64,000 bases of DNA from Balanoglossus misakiensis (taxonomy: Eukaryota > Animalia > Hemichordata), in the NCBI GenBank assembly GCA_040954595.2, contig CM082579.2, positions 7,367,625 to 7,431,624 of the forward strand, written 5' to 3'. The position numbers and the translations under genes are program-made. This document shows, in pieces, positions 54,055 to 64,000 of the stretch. Position 1 is the first letter of the stretch, and every line of letters begins with the position of its first letter. Under the pieces are notes generated by a model. The model saw only the letters and a program-made list of their open reading frames with translations. It was not told the DNA's origin and did no database searches.

Positions 54055-54828
54055 AGCGCTTACAAGAATCCATGGAAGATTTGGAAAAAAATACGAATAG
54101 GTTTCTTTTCAACGAGAACTTACAACCACAAATAAAGCACTTGAAGTCTTGAAATTAATAATGCATATTGTTGTGTGTTTTGTGTTGTTTAATGTAGTTT
54201 TCAACCGTTTCATTTGATGCTGACATTTCTCAATGATAAGGACAGAAACGCAAAGAAAATCACACAGAACACTGTCAAATCTGTTAAAGACAGGTACAGG
54301 GACCTTTTCCTAAGTTGATGTAGCCTCCAGAAAGTGTGTTTATAAGGAATTGTAACTTGTAGTGAAGGTCACCTCGACACAGTTATACATGCAGGTCAGC
54401 GAGAAATGTCACCCTGTCCCCGAGACCTCTTCATTAAGTCACCTCGACACAAAGTAGCAAAAGTTCTACCTTCCTCAGATTTATACGTACAAACTAAATT
54501 CCCGGTCTCTTTCGAACAATCCCCTGAAAGAGATATAAGCTTGTAAGCTCTTGTGCACCACTCCGAACGTTCGATAGTTTGGGCCAATGACAGACAGAGA
54601 TAGAATCGCACATACATGTACCAGAATGTTTTTGTCTGTGTGGAAGTGGAACGAGTCAGGAAACCAGACTGGTACGGCGAGTTCGATTAGGGTTCATCGT
54701 ACTGTTTGCTTTGTGAGCGCAAGAAATATGCATAAATCTTGTTTGGTGTGTCAAGTCTGTCTCGCACGTGCCACTTATAGGCCTACCACTGTTGCGATAA
54801 ACTCTATGCAAGTTGGTCAGTCGTAATC

Positions 54829-56457
54829 ATGGCTTCTTCAGATATCTTGGGTCTTGCCACTCTCTTGCTTATTCTATCGGTGACTGTCGTGTTTGCAAGG
54901 TGGTTTCTACGCCGACGTAATCTACCCCCAGGGCCCTGGGGTATACCTCTGCTTGGGTGCCTGCTGTACCTTGGGGATAAACCCCACAAGAAATTCAACG
55001 AATGGGCCAGGCGTTATGGGGACGTTTTCTGCGTCAGATTGGGAACCGAACTGGTAGTGGTACTTAACAGTCACCAAGCTATCAAAGATGCTTTCGTCAA
55101 ACAATCGTCGAAATTCTCAGAAAGGCGTGATGATGAAACTTGACCGTCGATGTGGTATTTGCCGATACCATTTAAAGACCGCCTCCGCTGCAGATTCAGA
55201 AAGATCATCGACTTCATGGAAAGGGAAGTGGAGAAACACCGCCACACGGCACAACAACAGAGATCCAACCCAGAGTCGTTCATAGATGCCTACTTAATGT
55301 ACGAAAAGATTCACCAGACCGGCAAACTGGGAAGCGACAATTCTTTGGATTTCATGGAAGACCCTGAACATCTTCCAATTTCTCTCTTCGGTCTATTTGC
55401 AGCCGGCACTGACACGGTATCTACTGTCTTGTTATGGGCGCTGCTTTACTTGTGTCTCAATCAAGACATCCAGGAAAGGTGCTTCCGTGAAATACGCAGT
55501 ACCCCATCGTATACTGACAGATCTAAACTCCCCTTCATAGAGGCAGTTACATTAGAAGTTCAGAGACGAGCAAGTGGTTGTACCTCTAGGGGCCCAACAC
55601 GCCACCTCGGAAGATGCAGTGCTCTATGGCTACACTATTCCGAAGGGAACCATGATCCTGTCCAACCTGTGGGCTGTGCACATGGATGATGAAACCTGGG
55701 AAAACCCGGAGAAGTTTGACCCTACTCGATTCCTGGATGACACTGGGAAAGTGGTAAACAGGGAGAAGATTATTCCATTTTCACTTGGTAAGGACTGTTC
55801 TAATTATGATGAACCAACTGATCAGCATTAGTTTATACTATCATGCATTATCACAGCTGTGGTACGCAGCTGTACCGTTGGGGGCTGATTACCCCCTGTC
55901 TGTGGGGTAATCAGCCCCACCCCCCACAATGGTACAGCTGCGTACCACAGCTAGCATTATCAATACATCGGTGTTAATTCAGTGAAAAACTATTTCAACT
56001 GTACTTGTGTTGTTAGCTAGAGAGTTGACAATGAAATATTTCAGCAAAGTTTACAAATCACTTGGTACTAGTACAATAGTAAAACCGAGGGTTTTCTAGT
56101 GACTGGTGCGCAGCTGATTTCAAAGGACAGTTTAAAAATATCATCTTGTGGGGGGGGGGGATACAGCCTGGGTCAATCTTCTCCAGCTTGCACCTCATGC
56201 ATGCAGTAAGAATTGTAGCTGCTATTTTCAATAAGTTGCATGATGCTTTCACTGCAGGTGCCAGGGATTGTATTGGTTCCCAAATGACCAAGATGGAGGT
56301 CTTCCTGTTTCTAACAAGGTTGATTCAAGGTTTCAAATTCAAGCTACCAGACGGTGACGACACACCATCTACCGAAGGGAATTTTGGGTTGGTGCACGCA
56401 CCAGATGATTTCATGATCATTGCTGTGAAACGCGATAAAGTAGATAACCGGAAATAA
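54829..56457 (+). pseudogene. Cytochrome P450, CYP2 clan, disrupted
   Basis: Membrane anchor plus PPGPWG, I-helix AAGTDT, EVQR (ExxR), KFDPTRF, and heme motif FSLG|ARDCIG across intron 55788-56257. Lesions: in-frame TGA at 55141-55143 at a junction lacking roughly 100+ aa (C-F helices), a frameshift near 55575, and a short J-helix deletion. Confidence 0.85.
55854..55953. mobile_element. 100-bp hairpin MITE with 9-bp TSD in the CYP intron
   Basis: CAGCTGTGGTACGCAGCTGTACC...GGTACAGCTGCGTACCACAGCTA with inner stem GGGGCTGATTACCCC/GGGGTAATCAGCCCC, flanked by GCATTATCA at 55845-55853 and 55954-55962. Confidence 0.88.
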
Positions 56458-57480
56458 ATAACCTAGGGTCCAGAATGTGAAACTGGTTAATCTTATGTAT
56501 CAAAAAATACGACAAATATCTATTTCATAAAATTATGATACATTTACTACATAAAAGCTTACTAAAGAGAATGACCTCAGACGTGTCATTGACCTTTATT
56601 TTGTTTGACACTCTCTCAACGACAACGTGCATGAAGAAAGTATAAAGGCACACTACCACTTGAACTATCACTATATCGTCTTACTCTTGTATATGTGACA
56701 CTTTCTAGGTAATAATAGCCGCACAGATAACAAATTAATTCTTTGTAATTAATTCATTGTAGGCCTGGTAGCAGTTTGAAAAGATATGTTACCAAAATTT
56801 CTACTTTTGTACTTTTTAGCATGTTGAACCTGTTCAACGTTTTCGCATTGTATTTTTTTCGACTCCGCCAGTCGAGGGTGCAGCTTGAGTTTTAGTAATT
56901 AATAAATCAATTTAACGGATTATATTTTCATGTCAGACCGATGATGCTTCACTGCATATTTTTTAATGTATCATTATATGAAAAGAAAGCAAGGTTGCAT
57001 TTGGTCAAGCTTGGTTATGTTACGGCTGGTCAATGTATCAAAGCTGGAATCTAAACATGCCCGATGGATGATAAAATTACACTTTGGTTGACAACAGATT
57101 CACGTGCATTCTACCTGCTGACTTAAACCGAGGTTCAAGTCCCGTAAGGAGTACGGTGCCCAGAGCCTGTAGATTACACATGAATGCTGATGGTGTACAC
57201 ATGACTGGCGATAATATTTTGAGGTTCGGGCATCTGGCAAATTTTGCTTTCCTGCAAACGATGGCGGTTTCTTGATTATGTACAGTTGCTAGATACAGTT
57301 TCATTGAGTTGTTTTTTTAAATGGTCTATTTCGGATTGCTCCTGCAGCTTCGCCATCTCCGCCTGCAACTTCTATTTCTCTGACCACAAATCTTCCACGT
57401 CAGTTGAAGCGTATTCTTCTTTGACACGTTTGCTACATTTCCCGCCTTTCGAACGACCTGACGCCATTGGTACTTTGGAA

Positions 57481-58275
57481 AGTTTGGTGCGGGGACCACG
57501 CGAACGTGTTGCAACCGGCCGATGCTCTTGTCGTGGTCTTACTTCGAGTTGAAGGGTCTTTTTGGCGACGGGTCTAGGCTCTATACCCAAATCTAGCAGC
57601 TGTTGTTCCGGGTCCTCCATGTTATCGGTGCCAACTGCCAAAGAAATTGAGGCGGACAGAGCGAGCACTGCACGCAGCGCACACTCAAAATCTCAAGTAA
57701 CCGTGAGTGATGCACTGTGGGATTGCTGATGCTCCCACATGGTTGAGGGGATGAGGGCGCCCTCTTACGAGTTACTTACATTATTCACAGTTGTTCAAAA
57801 TGTTCCTCCCACTTGAAAAACGAGAACTTCAAACAAGATAGGGTTTTGGAGACCTCCTGGGATGGGGGTTCATTTTCCTCAGAATGTGATCCACTGACCA
57901 GCGTGAAGCATATTTGCTGCAGTGTTCCGGTAGTTGCGTGTATACCAAGTTCACATTCTCAGCCAAGTAACATTCAAATCCAACGACGAGGTAAGTAATT
58001 TACAAGTGTTCATGGCACCAAGAAATATTATATGATTAAAGTTCCCGGGGGTACGTCATTTTTACATATAGCGCTCTTCCTCAGTGCTGGTCGTTACCAT
58101 GCTGTGTGTAATATCACATACTCACTGATGACTTGTGTTTGGGGATAGGTTTGCACAGGTCACAAATACATTGAAACACGGGGGATCTTGGGTCTACCTA
58201 GTCATGGCCCTCACAAATGCTCTTTGTATGGTCATGTAAACCGATTCTACACTTTCCTTTATTTGGGGGCTGCAT
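57481..58275 (+). repeat. FGF upstream segment, repeated downstream at 62102-62380 and 63750-64000
   Basis: 57481-57810 matches 62102-62380 and 58030-58275 matches 63750-64000, in the same order and orientation. Confidence 0.9.
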
Positions 58276-58669
58276 GGTGTTTAAAGCTGCATTGTTTGTG
58301 TTAAAATACTCCTCCCGGCTCCTGCTTTGGAAATACTATTGATGCAGCCACTCGATACATGTAATTTGATGTCATGCTTAGCATCACACGGCCCGAATGT
58401 CCCCTCGAATCCGTGGACATTTGTACGACTGCATTTAGATTCTTCACTCCCGAATTCTGCAGCATTTGTGAATGGGGCTTTATGTGACAGACACGCCGAT
58501 TTCTAAATGAACCAAATACGTATGCAGCATGCCTACGGTACCATGGCCCTTGCATGCATGACAACCAAAGGGCACCCGTGGGGTCCCCAGTCGGTGTGCA
58601 GACTATCACGTTCGTACCATGCAGATCGGGGAGCGGTGCAGTACCACACGGACACACCCTTGTACCGTT

Positions 58670-61600
58670 ATGAAGGGCTTCAAGTCGACGGTTTCCGTCG
58701 TGGCCCTGCTGGTCGCTGCCTTATCTCTAGAAGCCGACTCTGCTGCCGTCAGCGGCACACGCGGCGGAGGAACGGATCACGGTGTTCGAAATGACACCGG
58801 TATTTTTCACCGCTATATCGGACCTATTTTCGTGGCGAACCGATATCGGCAGTTGTATTGCCGTTCCGGATATCATCTGCAAATATTCCCCAATGGCGCA
58901 GTTGGAGGAACCCAGGAAGACAACAACATATATGGTAAGCCAGGGACAAGAAAATTGACATTATCAGTAGAATGTCTGTCCACAGAAACGAAAATAATAG
59001 AGCCATTTGCGGTTATACGATTTCTTGTTGTCATCACGACGTGACGTGGAGTTAGAGAAACTATCGTCTCGTCGAATATTTTTGACGGGATATTCTATTG
59101 CAGCATACAGCATCCAGCATTTATTACAAGCTTCTTAGTGCATTTATTTATATCTATACACAGTTGTGTGGAGTAATTCTGTACACTAAAATACTAAACT
59201 ACAAAACAAAATCAAAGCAATCCAAAACCAACCACAAGAAAATTAACACATTTCCCCTTTGACCGAAAACGGCGTTTACATGTCATTCCAAATTTACAAC
59301 TAGGACCATTAGCAACATTGAAATAACATTTCTCCATTTTTGCGACAGAATAGTGTCTAGTGTGTGTTTTATGTCTAACATAAGCAAAAGCTTGAGACTG
59401 GGGTTTTACTGCGTTAAAGGTGACATCTGACATTTTCTGAGGGCCCTTGTTACTTCAACGCAGACGTAATCAGTGGTTGCCGAGCGATCGGGCAGCACAC
59501 GCACCGAGTTGCATGACCCAACTTCCCTCTTGACTTCCCCTTGAGTTGAATACAATTAGAAAATCCCGAAATTTCCCCGTCGATGAACCCTAATTAACGT
59601 TCATATTACTGTAAGTTGGCTAGTTTCAAAACACTTAAAAACAAATCTTAATTCTGAACAAGTATGAATAATGAGCAAGTTAACAAACATTTAAAGGTTG
59701 GGGTATCGAATTCACTATCAGATGGTGACGACTTGCAGACCTGGTCTTGGCCGGTCGTTGCGTTGTGTCCTTGAGCAACCTTGATAAACTAGCGGTAATA
59801 CATGGTGGAGAATCCGGGTATGTATTACCGCTGGTTTCATATTGTTGTTCATGCATCGGGGAATCTGTAGCGATGAGGTAACGGGCTCTGACGAGAACAG
59901 TGATCCACGGAGACACGTATCTGATTCACGTTCATTTATTGTCCGGAATTGCTATAGTACATCAAATACGCCCAGTAAAGTACATGAGGAAGGGAACAAG
60001 CTCAGTAGCCTGAGGTACTCCCATCTCCCGTTAGATTATTCTCTCTCAACTTTGGAAACAAAGTTCTCTTATAATTACTTTTCTCAAGGCGTGGTTAATC
60101 ATGTAAAATATCACAAATACAATGTGTTACAATTTCATTGGGCATCAATTCAACTCTATACGTAACAATTTACATAAAGCGTTATATAACAAAGTCAGTT
60201 CGGTGATGATTGACAACCAGAGCAGTAAGTTAAACACCAGCTCTCCCTATCTACTTCAAATACATAAAATCAAATACTATCAAACATTGACATTTCCGAG
60301 CTCTGGATTAATTGACCCTTAAAATCGTATTTGACCTTTATACACACACAACACAACACTGTGGTTGGTAGGATAAAAAATAAAAATACTCGTGGTACTT
60401 AACACAAGTGGTTGCCGAGCAACTGGTCGCAATGTCAAAATTGTGCCGCAACAGTAATAAATTGTCATAAAACTATGATGATGAGTTGATGACTGATGAA
60501 GAACTGAATATTCTGTCAAAAATGCAGCGAAAAGTTAACACTCACACACACACTAATTAAGGCTCTCCTCTGAACTTGATACCGACAGCTGTCTTAGAAC
60601 TGATTTACAGCGAGGGACCCTTCATCGTGGTGATGAAGGGTGTCGGAAGTGGCCTATACCTCGCCATGAACAGACACGGCCAGCTGTATGGATCGGTAAG
60701 TCCTGCTTGCGATCGCTAAGTGTCAAACAAATCTCATTGAGCTGCTGCTCATTCCGAATCAGACCCAAAAGTTTATAGTTACGTATTGGAAGTCTTTTGC
60801 CAGGATTTGTTTTGTTTTGTTTTGTCGTAGCTAAGGTTGTGTCCTCATCTATTGGACATGCTTCTCTGCTGATCGGCATGTATGTGCTACGCGGTATCTG
60901 AAGAGTTTACTCGTCTTTACTTCGGATTGAACGCACATTCTCGGATTCCGACCAAGTGACGTCAGTTTATTGTAGAGGTTTGCTCGGGTCATTGGAGTAG
61001 AGTGGACCACGGTGGCCACCACATACTTGCACGAAATGGTTTCATTTAACCACACCCGATCTAAAGTTCAAACGACGCATTAGACACTGGACAGTTTGTC
61101 TTGTGAAAATACTAAGTACAACCCGAATTTTCAAAAGCTGACCGGACGAGTCAAGTTGCTTTACACGTGCACATCCCCTTTCAAAACACGATAATGTTAA
61201 TTGAACAAATCCGTGGAAAATAGACTCCTCCTATAAAGACGCACATATAGCACATATAGCACAAGGATATTTTTCATGATTTCTGGCAAATGAAAAATTT
61301 ACGACACTGCTGTAAATCATCATATTCCTCGACTGTTAGCGTCCGGTACGTAATCAACACGTGTAGAGCTGTCCTAAACTCCCAACCTTTATTATTCCCC
61401 TTTCTATTTTTTTTTACCAGGCCGAACTGAACGAAAACTGCAGATTCATAGAAGCAATGACAGGCAGTATATTCACCACTTACGCGTCTGCTAAATACCC
61501 TACCCAGAGAAACAGCAAGAAGAAGAAGAAGAAGAAGAAGAAGAAGAAGAAGAAGAAGAAGGATTTGTTCTGGTTCATAGGTTTGGACCGTAATGGCGAA

Positions 61601-61717
61601 CCAACTTACATCCGGGAACTGGCCAAACCAATGGAAAAGAGGGCGATGTTTCTACTACGCCCGGTAGTAAGAAAGAAAGTTCCCTGGTTCAGTGTTAAAC
61701 TAAATAAGGGGAATTAG
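58670..61717 (+). CDS. Fibroblast growth factor, secreted, 222 aa, 3 exons
   Basis: Exons 58670-58934, 60589-60695 (107 nt, typical FGF middle-exon size, phase 1/0) and 61421-61717. Signal peptide, RYRQLYCRSGYHLQIFPNGAVGGT, MKGVGSGLYLAMNRHGQLYGS, ENCRFIE, FTTYASAKY, WFIGLDRNGEP, AMFLLRP. The first strands resemble FGF9/16/20; the subfamily is uncertain. Confidence 0.93.
61517..61561 (+). repeat. Coding (AAG)15 microsatellite (poly-Lys)
   Basis: Perfect 45-nt AAG run, in frame in FGF exon 3. Confidence 0.95.
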
Positions 61718-62101
61718 AGTTAATGTTAAATATTTAGTTACCAATTACAGCCATTTAAGATTCGGTAATTGAAATTTTAACTTGGCTTTTTCGTGCCTTT
61801 TGCCATGTATGTATTTTATGATAGTGTCTTGGGCCATCTGATAATACTAATAGAATCTCTTTACTTCTACATGTGTGCGTATATGTGTATGTCCGTCCGT
61901 GACAAATGTATTTGCACATACAATCAATATCAAGCCTTTATCATCATTCTGTAATTCTATAAGAAAGCAGAAGTTATTTCCAGGTAATTGCGCATTGGTC
62001 ATTATAGCACAATAAAAACCAAACGTGTTCAATATAAGGCCACCTATTATATAGAAGTCAATAACTAATTAATAAATACACATCTATGTGTATAATTACA
62101 C

Positions 62102-64000
62102 AGTTTGGTGCGGGGACCACGCGAACTTTGCGACCGGTCGATGCTCTTGTCGTGGTCTTACTTCGAGTTGAAGGGTCTTTTTGGCGACGGGTCTAGGCTC
62201 TATACCCAAATCTAGCAGCTGTTGTTCCGGGAAATTGCGGCTGAGGAGCGTGCACTGCAGCACACAATCAAAAATCTCAAGTAACCGTGAGTGATGGATT
62301 GTGGGATTGTCGGTACTCTTATATGGTTGAGGGCGCCCCTCTTGAGGGTAACATTATTCACAGTTGTTAAAAATGTTCCCTACGTTCCTGTATAGTTTGT
62401 CTCCCGCAAATAATGAATGCCCTTTTAACATCAAATCTTCACGTAGCCTGTGAACTGCTTTCGCGTGCGTGGAGGTCAGCGCCCCGACTCTCCAAACTGG
62501 AGAATATACCCAAAAAAAATCAGTGCTATCCGATGGCTTTAAATTAAAGAAGCCATACATGTAGGCCTAAGCCAACGTCTCACACTCTACCAACCAAATA
62601 AAATGAAAAAGTAAAAGAGGAAATTACCTGAACTTTCTGAACTGTGTGCGTTCTTGTTGCTACAGGCGTTGCTATTCGAAAACGTTCCTTTCATAAAACA
62701 CAACACTGAACGAGAGATCCCAACCCGTATTTCAGTTCTTTGATCATAGTCGCGCGAAATACTGGCGTTACATTCAATCTTTCCCGTTTAAAGCTTACTT
62801 GAAACAAGTGCCCCACAGATGATCACTCAATACTAAATTGAGAAACCGTAGAAGAACTCAGCCAAGTCGTTCCAGTAAACCATGTAAACGGCATTGTTGG
62901 TTACTAAGAACAAGTTCCACTGGAGAACAAATGACGTCATGGTGAGAGGATGCGGTTCATACTTTTTCGAATTCTCATCGAAACGGCAAACAATAATCAC
63001 CGAAAATTATAACTTTTTAATAAATTAATAAGAGTTAAGGTTCATGAAGATTACGACTATAAATTTTAGTTCTATTCTTCATTTTGATATCAGGGGATAG
63101 CGCGAACGCAGTCCCCCACTACCATAAATTATGCACTCGAGTCACCCACATTTGGGGTGATCGCAGACATATCAACCCGCGCGGTGTGCAATGCGCGGGC
63201 CTCATTCTGGGGGAACCACATTCGTGATCATGGTTAACCCCTGTGCCAGGTAAGTATGCCCGATAAGAGTCGCCCCTGGCTTCTTGTAGTGCGAACATGC
63301 TCACTAGAACAACGGTGAGTCACACTTTATGACAACGTTGCTGCAACGTATTGAACGAGGAGGCGACCCATCAACAGGTGTTAATGGGTGCTATTGATAT
63401 TGAAATCATGACGTCAGTATGTGAAGTGCAAGCGACGTTTCCATCAATTATCAGCAAAGCAAGTTATAATTTCTCAAAAAAACTTCCTCATAAAATCCAT
63501 TATTTTAAGAAGGAAAATAAACACTTCGGGCACTACAAATTTTGATGACACGAGAATAAAATTCACTGGAATAACTTTTCATATATGTATGACTCTCTGA
63601 TTGACGTACAAATGCAGCTCTATGTGTTCGTACATTGTCCGATCCGCAATTCTAAACTTTCCACACCCTGAACATGCAATCCATGGACATACATGCACAT
63701 CGGCAGTAAACTTTTGCGGTAGCAGTTATGGCGACTTTGGCAAAAAATTTATATGATTAAAGTTCCCGAGGGTACGTCATTTTTACATATAGCGCGCTTC
63801 ATCATGCAGTGCTGGTCGTTACCATGCTGTGTGTAATATCACATATTCACTGATGACTTGTGTTCGGGGATAAGTTTGCACAGGTCACAAATACATTGAA
63901 ATACAGGGGATCTTGGGTCTGCCCAGTCATGGCCCACACAAATGCTCTTTGTATGGCCATGTAAACCGATTCTACACTTTCCTTTATGTGGGACTGCATG
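62102..64000 (+). repeat. Second copy of the FGF upstream region, interrupted by ~1.35 kb of unrelated DNA
   Basis: 62102-62380 and 63750-64000 match 57481-57810 and 58030-58275; the similarity continues to the window edge. Confidence 0.85.

Larger units (their letters stand above)
50190..54396 (+). repeat. Tandem segmental duplication, units ~50190-52430 and ~52520-54396
   Basis: Promoter, both exons, most of the intron, 3'UTR and downstream DNA are near-identical between units, with several indels. Confidence 0.92.

Noticed and set aside
55141-55143. In-frame TGA in the P450 as selenocysteine or readthrough
   Set aside because: It coincides with a large deletion, a frameshift follows, and I saw no SECIS; pseudogenisation is the simpler explanation.
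1-64000. CRISPR arrays, prokaryotic operons, rRNA, tRNA, snoRNA or miRNA genes
   Set aside because: No repeat-spacer arrays or recognisable RNA gene signatures were seen; the hairpins found have TSDs and are MITEs. Small ncRNAs cannot be excluded without a covariance-model search.

Overview
Intron-rich animal genomic DNA, AT-rich and probably from a marine invertebrate (taxon inferred, not determined). All reconstructed genes are on the + strand and were assembled by hand from GT-AG junctions with matching phases. They are: (1) the last exon of one, and a complete 3-exon copy of a second, tandem orphan secreted Cys-containing protein gene (1-2696); (2) a 19-exon NWD1/NWD2-like DUF4062-NACHT-WD40 gene (3261-12661, 1639 aa) starting MGCGSS; (3) a BTB-BACK-6xKelch gene with 8 coding exons (32474-45995, 573 aa); (4) two near-identical tandem 2-exon genes for a small secreted, furin-site, trimer-type coiled-coil protein (50907-51526, 53437-54054); (5) a CYP2-clan P450 pseudogene (54829-56457); (6) a 3-exon secreted FGF with a 15-lysine microsatellite insert (58670-61717), whose upstream DNA is repeated at the window end, predicting a second tandem FGF copy. 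The window also holds several MITEs (two with 9-bp TSDs), an L1/Tx1-like fragment, diverged local duplications and microsatellites. The best novelty candidates are the two orphan secreted families, which the ORF track does not show as complete proteins, and the poly-Lys FGF.
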